Part shown: in pieces, positions 34,288 to 47,142 of the stretch | How the letters are laid out: the number at the start of each line of letters is the position of its first letter | Numbering within the stretch: position 1 is the stretch's first letter | Assembly (NCBI RefSeq): GCF_000143415.4 | Contig: NW_003314370.1 | Coordinates: 186,001 to 250,000 of the forward strand | DNA length: 64,000 nucleotides | Direction of reading: 5' to 3' | DNA from: Selaginella moellendorffii | Taxonomy: Eukaryota; Plantae; Lycopodiophyta | Position numbers and translations under genes: made by a program | The notes under the pieces: generated by a model | What the model was told of the DNA's origin: nothing | Databases searched by the model: none | The model's input: the letters and a program-made list of their open reading frames with translations, nothing else

Positions 34288-35328
34288 TCAGAAAAGTTGA
34301 TGGAGCTCAACGTTTCGAAGTTTAGCATGATACCTGTGAAGGTATAACATAGTTCAATATCTTCAAATCACAAATATTTTCTTTTCTCCATATGCATTCG
34401 ACAGAATGGACTGGAGCTCATTATTATTTAAAATTTAGGTTATCCCTTCAAGGTTTGCTTTCCATTTAGTTTTAATTAGCTAGTTTCGTATCCCGTAGGA
34501 TCCGACGCTTCCGGGTGATCTGAGAGGAGCGCACTTCACCAGTGTATTGCTCTTCTCAGGTTGGTAATGACGAAAGACAGATTATCTTGACACTATCTTG
34601 TTGTTTCAGATCAGCTGGTGTAAAGTGGAGGTTTCCGTGGATTCTCCGAAAGACGTAGCTAATATATCAACTTTGAAACCTGTGTCTGAGATCCCGAGGC
34701 TGATTGTTGCTATCATCTGTCTGAAGACGGTAGTCAATCAGAAACAAAATCTAAATGAGATTGTCTCTGCATCGGTAGTGTTTTGCGAGCGCGTGAAGGT
34801 ATACTTGTCACATTTGATTTTGTGATGAACTTGTGACATAGTTTTTCTGCAGGTAGATCCACCCATGCCGCAGTCCGAGTGGAACAAGCAAGAGATGCTA
34901 GAACATTTTAGCATCGTCCGCAAGCTCGATGGCGGAGTATATCCGATGGGATTTTCTTCTGAGGTATCACACATCAATAACAAGAGCAGGTGCAGCGTTT
35001 TGAGCTGTGAGGGGAGGTAAACTTGGCAACGTGGGCCACTTATCCTGATTTCTTTGTTTCCTGCAGTGAGCGTGCCCTATTGAATTGTCTGATGATCAAG
35101 CTTCATCAACTAGACCCTGACGTGCTAGTTGGACATAACGTTTCGGGGTTTGATCTCGACGTCCTCCTGCATCGCTTGCAAGTACGAAAGCTATGCGATT
35201 ACGACATTTGCTCATTGATGTGTATCAGGCGTGCAAAGTTCCAAGCAACGTGTGGTCTCGAGTCGGGTGGCTGAAAAGGTCTCAGATGCCTAGGCTGGTT
35301 GGTGGTGGAAATAATTTTGGAGGAGGAG
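34288..35328 (+). pseudogene. POLA1: intron-containing internal fragment of DNA polymerase alpha catalytic subunit
   Basis: Exons ISWCKVEVSVDSPK...NEIVSASV, HFSIVRKLDGGVYPMGF, SERALLNCLMIKLHQLDPDVLVGHNVSGFDLDVLLHR, WSRVGWLKRSQMP. No N-terminus and no polymerase domain. Confidence 0.88.
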
Positions 35329-35805
35329 ACTGGCCAGCTTCCAAGCTTCTTGGGACACGCCTCTTAATTTCAGCTACAATGTTCCGTACCAAGGGACTTT
35401 GTGAATCTCTCAAATTCCTGGAAGAGGAATGACATCGAAGGAGAAGTTCCAACTTTTCTCTTTGCGCATGAGAGTCTTGTGGGTTTTACGCCTTGTTGCG
35501 AACAAGTTACATATTAGCATTTGTTCCAAATCCTGAGATTGCTTGAAATGATCAAATAAATAAGTATTTTAGGGCGCCTGAGACATTGCTGCGGTTTCGC
35601 ATTGGAACATTGAAGGTTAGGACTATCGGGGGCAATCCATTCCGAAACTCTCGTGTCAAACAAAATGATCCTATCAATTTCTTTATCATAGTATTTAAAA
35701 TACACAAGGTTAACTAATTATTTAAAGTCTGGTCATGGTAAAGATATTATAATCTGAGTGAACAAAATTGTTGAAGTTTAAAATGTTACAGGTGGCCCAA
35801 ACTTA

Positions 35806-38212
35806 TCAAGAATGTTGAGCCTGTTCTTCAGTACTGGCGTTGCTGGTGGTGGTAATAGGGGTGGGGTTGGTCGTGATGGTGTTATCACCACTAGCTTGCA
35901 GTGATCTATATTGCAAGCGTACGCTCTCGTTGCTGTCCAAAGTCCTAACTAAATACCTGCACAAAAAAAAGAAGAATCCATCTTAACTAACAAGGCGAGA
36001 AGAGGCTTACCAGCCATTTAGACATTGCGAGGTTATGATCGCTTCTCGACCAACGAATTTCTCTGGAGTCCGTTTGTTTCCCTGCACAGAAAATATTATA
36101 TCGCAAAAATCTCTGACACACAAACAACCATCTCACCTTGATCTTGACTCTTTCGTTTACTTTGAAAGGGTACTGGACACCTTTTGTGACTTTCCCGCTC
36201 TCCTTCTCGGTTGGAGAACCAATGTTTTCCTGCTTGACTAGGAACAATGAGATTCTGAAAGGAAAAAATGGAAATAATGCTACCCGTCGTCTCACGTCCG
36301 TCTCTCCATGTCCATTCTCTTTCCGACGCTTGGCCCTTGACTGTATTCTGTTTTGTTCCTCCCGCCTAAATGCAGCAGCTGCCGCCCTGAGCGCTGGAAA
36401 CACAAAGAATAACATTACACCAGTTTTTAACGTCTCGATGTTAGAATGCCTTACCGATGTTTGGAATCAAGTGCTGGCTGTCGATAGCTGCGGAACACGA
36501 TGGACAAGTGCCCTGAAAGTAGCTCGTCACGCATTACGAAAGCAAACTTTGAATTTGACGAGGCCATTACCGATTCCCTCGTTCTTTGGAGAGTGACGCA
36601 ACCAAATGAATGGCCACACTTGGGATTCAGCATGGCATCCTCGAGATATTGACCCCTGAAGGACAGCTATAAGGCGAGAGAAAGAAAGGCAGATGAATAC
36701 ATACGAGAGTGGATCGGAAAGTGCTAGTTTAAGCGAACTATCTTCATGTCCCTCCTGCATGCACATAACCATAAGTCCTAGTTGAAAAGCACCACAGTTC
36801 AGTCACGTACCAGGCTACTATCTCCACTGTTAACCATCAACGTTTCTGCAGCCGATAAGCCATCCATGAACTGCGCCACGGTAATGGCCCCATATCCTTC
36901 AGGAACACAGTGACCAGCGCTCTTCAACGCAGCTGCAATGTCGAAGGTTGCATTGTGACGCGGCATTAATCTAAACGCTAAGGAAGTCCTGCCAGTTTCA
37001 TACGGTCACCTTGTCAGTGGTCCCGTAAGATAAAGACGTTACCTTGTTGCTCCAGGAACCGGCGATAGCGCTGGCATTCCCATCTTATAAGGCGAAGGAC
37101 GACGTAAACCAGCAGTCGCTTGATGAAGAGCTCTTCCAGCAAGTAGCAAGAGGTCTCCAGGAGAGAGAGCACTGTCTGCTGTGTACCAGTGTCCATTAGA
37201 ATCATTCACCTGTCCAAACAATGATATTATTTCGTAATCCCATGACTCGTAGCTCCAAGACTTACAAGCAATCCTGGTGCATCGGATGCAATGAGCATCA
37301 AAAGTCCTTTCTCTACCTCCTGCAAGTTATCGCCCGCTGCCAGTGATCCCTTTCCACAAGCACCAGGAGAACTATGGTGTAGACTTGCCGTCAGATCGGA
37401 AGATGATACATCGCCTGGTGGCAAAGGTGAGTCGTCTAGTAGCGGAAAGAAGACGCTGGATAAGAAAGGTAAGAAACCACTGAAAAAAATCAGAGTTTTT
37501 TATTGAACTTACTCTCCACGAAGACGAAGATAGCGAGCAATAACACTCAGAGATGCTCGCGATGCCTTACCCATGCATCTGAAAACATCCGGCATGCAAG
37601 GAGGCGGAGGATCAGCCTCCTCAGACCTTATATGTAGAAGAGAGAAACGTGAGAATGAGACCAACGAAAGAAGAAGTCCTATACAGACCTTCCGGCTTTG
37701 TAGACGAATGAATCCCGGCAAGCAGTACTCTTGTTCCAATCCGAGGAGCCCCATGCATGGGTGGTGGTGGTCGTATGTACACAGTTCCTAAGATAGAGCT
37801 TGGCCGATTGAAGAGCACACCTCACGAGCTTGGCATCCTCGGAGCTGAGCTCGATAATCACTGCATTGGCCCTGGCGAGCGACGTGGAGACTGCATCCAC
37901 TGCCTTGAGATAGACCGGAGATGGCTCCCCTTCTTCCGGAAGCATGTCCGCCAGCTTCACTCTCATGAGCCCAGTCTCCCCCAGCCCGTTCGCCGGAGCC
38001 CCGAAACCTCCTCCCGGCAAAGTGGAAGACGGTGGAAGTCCCAAAGTGAGATTGGACATCCCAACGCCACCGGAGGAGAGAATTCCCGCTGGAGTGGTGT
38101 TGGAATGGTTGGCGGTGTTGAGAGGTTGGCCGCAAGGAGTTACTGTCACTGGAGTTCTAATCCCCGCGGAAGGACCCATGATTGGCATTTGCATCGCCGA
38201 GGCCATCTTCAT
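35806..38212 (-). CDS. 2OG-oxygenase-like domain + U-box/RING + KOW-like protein (PUB62/PUB63/At3g19895-like), multi-exon
   Basis: RVKLADMLPEEGEPSPVY, EVEKGLLMLIASDAPGL, PGDLLLLAGRALHQATAGLR, LSDPLS..CGHSFG, KGVQYPFKVNERVKIKGNKRTPEKFVGREAIITSQCLNGWYLVRTLDSNESVRLQYRSL. Confidence 0.85.
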
Positions 38213-38811
38213 TGGGAATCCATGCCTCTTTTCCACCGCCTCAAACCTCCTCGAAGAACAAGTAGAGCAAAAGACCTCCGGTGAAGCTAACCTGTGACCT
38301 CGAGCGCTCGCATTTGGTGTGCTCGGCGAATTCACGCACACATGCGCATGGAGAGCGAACCTAGCGTGGGCAGCAGCAGTAGCATATGATTACCGCGACT
38401 CATGGAGCTAGCAGCATCAGCCCCGGCCCTGCGCAAGCCCTAAAATCCACAATGCGAGCGCCAATCCTGGCCGATCCAAGGGGACGAGGAAGAAATCCCA
38501 AGACCTAGCACCGAAATATTTCGTTGCTCACGCCAAATCGCTTCGCTGCGCCGCTGTGCCTCTGCTGTGCCGCGCCGCTGGCCGATCGAGCACTGGATTC
38601 TTTCCTCTCGTCACACAAAGGCGCTGGCGCGCGATGCCGCTCGCCCGCTCGAGAAAAAGGAGAGGAGAGCAAAGATTGTGCCGCGCCGCGCTGCCCTTGC
38701 TACTCACACGCCATAGCCGCGGCGCAATCCTCTCATCTCTCTCGGCGCTCCTCCCTCGCCATTTTCCCTTCAAACAAGAGAAAAAAAATAAAACCAAGCA
38801 CTATGGCCGCC

Positions 38812-38980
38812 TACGTGGCCATGTCATGTCATGTCATGTCATGCCATGGCCTGGCATGCATGATGATGATGGGTACTTACTTTAGAAATGGCCCCCATGC
38901 ATGTGAAGACATGGACCCATGCATGTGGGGCACGCCAGCACATGCGTTTTAAGCCAATGCATTTATGATGGACATGCATG
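38812..38980. promoter_or_regulatory. ABRE (TACGTGGC) plus four RY (CATGCATG) motifs and a (CATGT)n tract
   Basis: TACGTGGC 38812-38819; CATGCATG at 38855, 38896, 38918 and 38973. Confidence 0.5.
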
Positions 38981-39088
38981 TCATAGCTGCCAACTTACTG
39001 GCGGGTTAAATAACGCTTGTATATTACAGAGCTCCGTACTTGGTAAAAACCCCTGGCCGTACTGGTAAAATCTCGAATTTTAATCCTT

Positions 39089-42000
39089 TCAGTCCACTGG
39101 CATGGATTGCGACGAATTGGCCATGAGAAGGCCAATCATGTCGGAGATTAGCGAGCGTCCATTGACGCTCTTCTCGACGCTGAGGAACTCTCTCAATCGC
39201 GCTTCGAGCTTCTGGGCCGTGTCGGGTCCCAAGCTTGACACCGAGAGGATTGCTCGCAGCGTTGCTTTCAAGCACTCCAAGGCCGAGATATGAACCTGGC
39301 AATGGAAGAAACCAACAAAGAAAAAAAACAGAACTTGTAAGACAACGCCAAAAAAAATTTCACATTTTTATCACCTGAGAGACCTTGACGTTGGATACGC
39401 AGTCCAAGATAGGTGGAATAAGTTTCTCCTGGGACTGCAAACAGTAAAACCAATGCTTCAAATGGTCACTGTAAGCTTTTGTGCTCAATACATACCTGTT
39501 CATCCGCAACTCCCCCAGGACACTTCTCTGCGAAGGCTTGAGTGGAGTGAAGCGCCGCTAGCCTCACTAAGGCATTGGAACACAAAAACATCACACAGGA
39601 GACAAAAAAGCCACGAAATGTTTACCTTGCCAAGAGCTGCTGTTCATGCCTGTTAGCAAAGACGCGATAACTCTCCCCGCGTATTCTAGTACGGTGGAAT
39701 CGGCACTGGACTTTAGGCTGGCAGTGAGGCAAGAAAAAGCTTGTTCAAAATGCGTTGATCCTTTTCTCGGTTCATCTGAGACAGTAAGAAACACACCGTT
39801 AAACAGGAGAGCAGAAACAAAATATGAAGATACCCGCTGATTTCTCCGAGTCAGCAGTGTCCTTAGCGGCCAGCTCGTCGAGAACAGCTGAAGCAACCAG
39901 TTTGAACAGATCACAGTCACTAAAAGCCTCTACAACCTAGAAGCATGACGACACAAAAACCGTGAGCTTTTCCGTGCAGAGAAAGAGGAAAGATACCTTT
40001 TCCAAGCAGGAGTATCCCGCAGCGCGAAAAGAGCTCTTTTTCCGAGAAAATGAGGCGATCACAGTCTCAACCACTGTACTGGGACTAATGAAGTCCGCTT
40101 GTTCGGACATGTTTGTGAAGCCCTTAGGACAGCCTTTACAAAGTGCAGAGATCGCCTCAAAAATGCATTCTTTTCCCTGTTGAACGAAGATGAAATAAAC
40201 GTAAGGAAACTTAGTACTACCTCCCAAGTGCGACCACGCAGCTCATTGAGAAGACTCTTCATAAGTTGCTGAGCGAATGGCTCTGCTGATTCTCCAGTAA
40301 CCTCCACGGCTTTGATAACAGCTTTTGCACTCTGAACGCACAACAAGATTTATCATAGGCGTTTCATTAAGGTAGTACCTGCTGCTTTCGAGTCCAAGAT
40401 GACGTTGCAAGGCCATCGAGAAGAAGTGGCATAATTTCGAGCATGTACAGTTGAAGTGCTACGGTCTGGCTACTGGTATTTTCCTCCCAGACCTCCTCGA
40501 AATCGGATCTCACTGACTTCTCTTCGTCAAATCTGAAAAACAAAAAACGCTTATCCAACACAAGTATCACAAATAACAAACCTCCCGATAAAGGCCACAG
40601 GAAGAACAAGTGTAGCTTGTTGCTTGAGCCCGTCACTGGCTTGACGAGAGAGCTCCTTAAGCAAAAGTCCGCTGGCAATTCTGGAGTCCTTGTCTCCGGA
40701 TTTGTAAAAACCAACAATATCAGCTATATGTTGTTCCAACAAACGATCGCCGGAAACCTTCATTACTGCTGCGCACGCAGCTGCAAAGGCTTTCTTTGCG
40801 GCTGTGCTTTTCTCTGATATCACTGTAGGGATCAAAACCTTCATAATGGGTCCGGCATACTGCCTCAAATCGGAGCCTACTTGCTGTGACAATAAAGCAA
40901 TAAACCTTGCGACACCAGCCCTGGCATTTTCATGATAAACACAGATGACATCAACTTTTAGGAAACAATATGCATACCTTGTATTTAGCCCCACGCCGGA
41001 CCGTACCAATTGAACCAAACGCGGAACAAGAGATTCAAGAGTTTCTTCATCTATCTGACGCAGGCAAAAGTCCAGTGTGTCCCACATTGGAGAGTCTTTT
41101 GCGAGAGAGAACCTCGCGCTGTCAAGTTTATCTGTACTTATGCCCAGTCTTTCTGCATGCATCTACGTCCATAGAGATCCGGAAGAAGGACGTGAAAAAA
41201 GAAAAACAAACTCTTACTTCAGCGTAGTTTAAGCGCTGGTCCTCAAGACTCGAAAGACTTTCCAGCATACAAATCACCAGGTTAGGCAACTGAGGCCTTA
41301 TAGCTTGTCCCGCATTCTGAAATAACGTTTTTACAGCGATCAGTAGAAACAGTTATCACTCACCTTTACAAGTTTCATCACCAAGTTGGTAGAGAGCAGT
41401 TGTATTTCGGCTACTGAGCTCGAGATGCCACTGGAAAGTAAAAGAGGTAGCACAATGCCCATTGCTGCACGCGCTTCAGAGTCAGCTGTAAGAGAGGTGT
41501 CACAAAGTCTCAAAGTTAATGAGCTGAGAGCCCGGCATAGAATTCCTCCAGCACTTCTGACAGTTTCTTTGATGTCATCCATCGCTCGGAAAGCCATTGT
41601 CCACATTTTCAACAGATAGTTTTCAACCTGATCAGAAATTATTAAGTTCTCACAACGCAGAAACACTAGTCTCTCGTACCTCTGGGAACTTGCGACCTTG
41701 TATTAGATCTGCCAACGCCGCACATGCTGCTTCTCGCGATCGCCATAACCTCGAACCTGCGTTCAGTAAGAGGTCTTCCATTATATCGACATAAAACATG
41801 TCGATCGTTTTCTTTGGCTCGGCCACAAGAGACCTCCAAATGTGTCCCATTGCATCCTACAGTTAAATGAGAAAAGGAGTGACTTTCAGAATATTTACGG
41901 GTGTACCTGAATATTTTTGTTCGGATCATGTTGATAGCGAAAGAGTTTAGGCACGAGTCCACGCAAATGCGGCTCCAAGGCATCACCAGCACGTTTGGCA

Positions 42001-45000
42001 ATTTTTGCGAATCCAAAAGCTGCTCCCCGTCTTGAGTTTAACGAAGCCTGATAGTTTGCAAGGTCCATAAACTTGTACACGAGATCTGGTTGCCCCATCT
42101 CGTTCGCCAGGTTGCAAAGCTCTTTGTACGTACTAATATTTCCACCACCTGGAGCTTCACCAATACTTCCCTCTGCAAAAACCTCTGTATCCTCCATCAA
42201 CTACAAGAAGAGAAACACAGCGTAAGAATGAAGGCCCTCGTCAATAAACGACAGAACCTTGATTGGTCTTTTCTTCTTTGCTGTGCCGGAAAGAGTCCCC
42301 ACAAGCGCCTTCACAAGCTCCTCCCGCGTAGCAGCGTCCCCGAGTTCATAAACAACACTCATACCACGTGATGCCATTTCTTGAGTAAGCTCGTTTTGCT
42401 CTCCCAGTAAATAAGAAAATGCCTCCTACAAACGTGAAGCATTGTAAGAAAAAGGTGCACAAATATAAATAAAAAAGAAAAACCTGAATTTTTGGAAGCA
42501 AAGCCTGAATTTGCAGATGACGTCCACAGTAGATTACAAGAGACAGTAGCCAGACCGATCCAGCACAACGCTCCTCCTTTCTGCTACTGAATATGAGCTC
42601 ATCAAGCAGCACCTTGAGAATCTTGTCTCTAGAAGTTTTGCGTTGGTCGTCAATATCCACAGCCTTTGCACTACGGTCCTCGACAGACGCAGGGTCGTCG
42701 CTGAAAAAATTGGTCGAGTGTGACAACGACACAAAATTTGATCGCAGAATTGTATCTACGTCGACGGGAATAACACCCCAGATGAAGGCCATCGCTTCGC
42801 CCACTGAAATAAGAACGTCTTCAACCTACAAAACAAAGTGTCACGAGACTCTAAAATCTAGATGTAAGAAAAGTACCAACCTTGGACCTCTTCAGCTGGA
42901 AGAGCATTTCAACTGCAAGATCAAGAAGCTCAGGTAGAGGATTACCAAAACATAGGTGTCCAATAGCGATCACAGTTCTCTGGACAACTTTAGCTTCTTG
43001 AGACAGAAGAAGCTTTTTGAAGTGAGCGAAAACGGTCGCTAAAGTTTCGTTTCCTTCTTGTACTTCTTCTTCTTTACTTAAGTCTCCAAGAGGAACTGCC
43101 AGTGGAGCACGCAGACCAGCATGGCCCAACGCTTCTGCGGCAAATCCTCCTAGTTGAAACTTCTCAGACCCAAGAAGTCGAATGAGAACTCTGGTCGTAT
43201 TTTGCTGCACGTCTTCGGAAACCTTGAATAGTAGAAAGACGGTCGTTAAGGCTATTTCCCACCTACATCGATTACTTACAGAAGGAACTCCAGTCCTACA
43301 TTGAGCCAATGCATAGCCTGCTGAACATATAGAACCATGTGCATTTTCGAACCTGCTGATCAGTGCTTAGTTTTCACACTTGTATGGAAGGGGAGAAAAT
43401 ACCGATTTTTTGTGGTTCCCTCGACAAAACTTTTCAGCAAATCCGAAGCTTGCAGAGGATCTAATCCACCGATCACGATTCCCAATAGTCGACTGATAGA
43501 CTCACGAGTATTCACATCAATGTTTCCCAGAAACTGTTTTAGCCAGTCAATACGTTCAGCATAAAGTTGTGCGAATTTCTGCAAAACATAATGTCAATAG
43601 AAACCGTAGTAAAAACTTGGAACTCACAGTAGGTTGTTCCGAAGCAAGAGTGAGAAGTCCGGCAGAGCACAAAGCATGAAGTTCGGCCACCCCTTCATAT
43701 GCCATTCCATGTTCCAACAGCAAACGCAAAGACACGATTTCTTCTTCCTCTTGAGTTCTAAGCTCGTAGCACTTCATAAGATAAGATACCATTGCAACGT
43801 AGACCTTTGGAGGAAAAAGAAGATTGCGTTCCCCGACAACAGACGGCTTCATAATGCCAGGCTGCTTTTCGCAGATGAAGGACATCAGTTCTTTCAGCGG
43901 CGGGTATGTGTTAGCGTTGCTGCTGACAGAGCCCTTTGTGATTTGCAACCCCTCTGAGCTCAACTCCCTGTATGTATAACATTTCGTCAGCTGTGAACTT
44001 GGTATTGTGGAAAATAATGAATTACCTTATATCAAGTTTCGAGTCGCCAGCTCCACACATACAGAGGTAGCGACTTGGAACGTGACTTGATTTATATAAT
44101 CGTGTTGCCCAGAAAATGACACAAAACCGAACTTCCCCTTGAACCTATACATCAGGTGTCAACACTGTCGGAGACTAAAACTGTAAGTCTCACAGAATTT
44201 ATGTTTTCCAATAACAAATCTTCGATGTCCTTTTCTACTGTTGGCGGGCAGTCCTGTAAAGCACAATAAACGACTGGGTCTGGAGTGGAACGGAATCACA
44301 AACCTTATAGGCCATAGCTAATGCATTTACCGCCTCCTGCAGGGTGACACGCATTGATGCGTCTTCCACTTGCAGCGCACGAAAAAGACGCTTTGCCATG
44401 TCAGAATTGCTCCTGTTAAACAGGAAGTAAAAACCACAAGTAAATTCAACAGCAACAGACCGAAAGAGATGAGGTGCGCGTTGTGCGAGCTGACCAACAG
44501 CTTGATATCCAAACACTCTCATAGGGTACATGGCCGGGTCTGCAGAAACAGATAGGGTGATCGACCATAATTTAAAGCAACGCACCTATTTCCTTTTCAT
44601 CAAGAAACTTGATGAAGTGACTAAGAATGAGGGGAGCCATCAACTTAAGTTGGTCGCTAGAGGCCTGCATAAGAAAATACAGGCTTGAGCATTACACATG
44701 TTAGAAGTAAAACACGTACATGCTTAAAAACCCACACGGTGAACTCCATCCCTGCTTGTTTCAGTTTTTTGGTCGTGGCTTGTCCTGCAAAAAACTGTTA
44801 GACATCTTTACATGCCTGGGTGCTTATTGTCGTACCATTGAAACAGTCGAAAATGCATTGCAGAGTCATCGGGAAGATATTTGCTGCTGCAACAGAATGG
44901 GTAAGCGCGCTCATGATCTTAGCCTTCAGTATCGGACTAGCAGCGCTAACTTTTCCATCAGCAGGTACTCGATCGTTAGCGGGGGTGCCTGAAAAGCGGC

Positions 45001-46199
45001 ATGCAATCAGAGAAATAAAAAGAAGAATGCAACGTAATAGATACTCACCGAGAAAAATCGTGAACAGACTCTTCACAAACGTTTTATCCTCCATGTTAAC
45101 ACCGGATGCCTTCTTCTTCAGCAGCTCCTCACCTCGCTTTGCAACCAAATCGTTTCTGCAAGCAAAAGATAGGGCTTAAAATGTTGTCATCACAAATCAT
45201 ACCTGTCTGAGGAAGCAACAAGTAGAGTAAAATAAACATCTTGGGGCGCAACTTCCATCTTCGCAATTAGATTGAGGAAACCCATCTATTGCGACCAAAA
45301 CAATTATAGAAAGAACTTCATGAACACAACTACCTTTCGAGGAACAAGGTGCTCGCTTTGGATCGGCGTTTTACCACACACACGAGCCACCTGCGCCAAC
45401 GAAAGACCTGGTGGTGGAACTCTAGATCAGAAAATAAAGTTATAAAGCAATCACGAAAAGAAGCGTTTGTAAATACCCTTCTTGAGAAGCCGATGGAACT
45501 TGATATAACAAGGTTTGGGAAATAAATTCGAACAAGATCGGGTAGTCTTGGGACGAAAGACAAGCCTTCAGCTTCGTTGCTACATCCTCAAAGACTCGAT
45601 CTGAAGAAACCTTCTCTAAAGCCTGTTCAAAGTCTTCTATCTTTCAGTGCGAATGAATTGAATCCCAGACCTTGGCAGTAGTCCTTAAGAAAATATCCCT
45701 ATGCAACGGAGGAAAAGATGCGAGCCCAGTGAGCATCTCAGGAACAATGGCTATTTGTTCCTAAAAGTTTAAGCCGGATTACCAAAGAACGATGGAGAAG
45801 AAAACGCTTACTTCAGAGGTGGATCGATCAAATGCCATCTCAATGTAAACCAGCGAGAAGTTCTTCACGATCACCGCCGCATCGGGCCGCCTGTAGACAC
45901 CGAGCAGCTCTGCAAGCGGCAACTTGATAGAACGTTGCTCCTTGACACGCTTATTGATGTGGCTCAGCATTTCAGTCACCTGTAATCTCAATCTCCCAAT
46001 CACGATCGCATTTTCCCTCAAAAAAAGATCCTACCTTGACTCTGGTGGCATTGCTGCTCGACGACATGAGCGAGATCGCGTAGGGGAGGAGCTTAGACAA
46101 CACCTTCTCCAGCTGCGCATCCTCGGTGAACACCAGGCGAGTGAGAAATCGCTCCACCATCGCGAGCTCCTCCTCGGCGCTGGACGACGACGACGCCAT
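39089..46199 (-). CDS. ECM29: proteasome adaptor and scaffold protein ECM29 (HEAT repeats), many short introns
   Basis: [114 protein letters not shown]. Confidence 0.95.
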
Positions 46200-46336
46200 C
46201 GCTTCTCTCGCTAATCTACAAAGCCCTAAATTTCCAATGCCCCATAAACCCTAATTTACACCTCATACCGTACGTAACCGTACCGTACATAAATTCCCGC
46301 CAGTTTTTAAAACAAGACGGATATGCGATATTTCAG

Positions 46337-46955
46337 CTAGTAGAGCGCCAAGATCATAGCACCACGTCAAACACATCCGGGAACTTGTCCTGGATCACCG
46401 AGCGCATGTAGCTCATCCTCCAGTAGCCCGGATGCGCTGGTTGAGTAGGTACTTCATTGCGCCAGTGAAGTAGTAGCAGCACTGGAGGATCGCCCGGTCG
46501 CCATAGCAGTAATCAGCGTAGATCTTGCAGAGGCCCTTGCCAGCGAGCGAGTCGGCGAGCCGGTTTTGGTCGCGGCGGACGTGATTGATGGTGAAGCAAC
46601 CCAGGAGATCCATCACATCGGACCAGTACCGGCGTAGAGTTGGGTCCCTGGCTTGAAAAATTCTGCGAACCTGGAAAACGTGTAAACGTCATCTGGAGAT
46701 CTAAAGGAAAAACCCGGAGAAAAGAGAAAGAAATATCTGATTAACGACGAGCTCGGAGTCGCCACGAATGTCGATGTTCTTGATGTTTATGGCCCTCGCC
46801 TTGCGCAGCCCAGCGATGAGCGCCTTGTAGTCCGCCTGATTATTGGTGAAATTGAATCGGACGCCTGGAAGAGATGCACGCCGCAAGGATCTTGCAGCAC
46901 GGACCCATAGCCAGCCTCGGTCAATCACATGCCATTTCCGCTGAGAATATGACAT
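46337..46955 (-). pseudogene. degenerate tandem duplicate of the RNase H gene
   Basis: Near-identical core YKALIAGLRKARAINIKNIDIRGDSELV. FDGASRG is deleted, NNQAE has become NNQAD, and the C-terminal part has a 1-nt deletion and larger deletions. Confidence 0.85.
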
Positions 46956-47142
46956 TCGCTCTACGGATCGCTAGAGTTTGTGTGGAAATCTTCCCCTCAA
47001 TGAAAGAACCCTAACAAGAAATGCAAAAAACGAATATTCGAGTAAACGGGATAATCTTTAAACGGCGCCCGTTAAACCCTAAACAATACAGAACAACACC
47101 GTACATAAATTCCCGCTTGTTTTCAAACCAAGGATATTCTAG

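Noticed and set aside
46292-46301. E2F-like site ATTCCCGCC upstream of ECM29
   Set aside because: Short motif, also present in the duplicated RNase H 3' flank at ~47109; not enough evidence for function.
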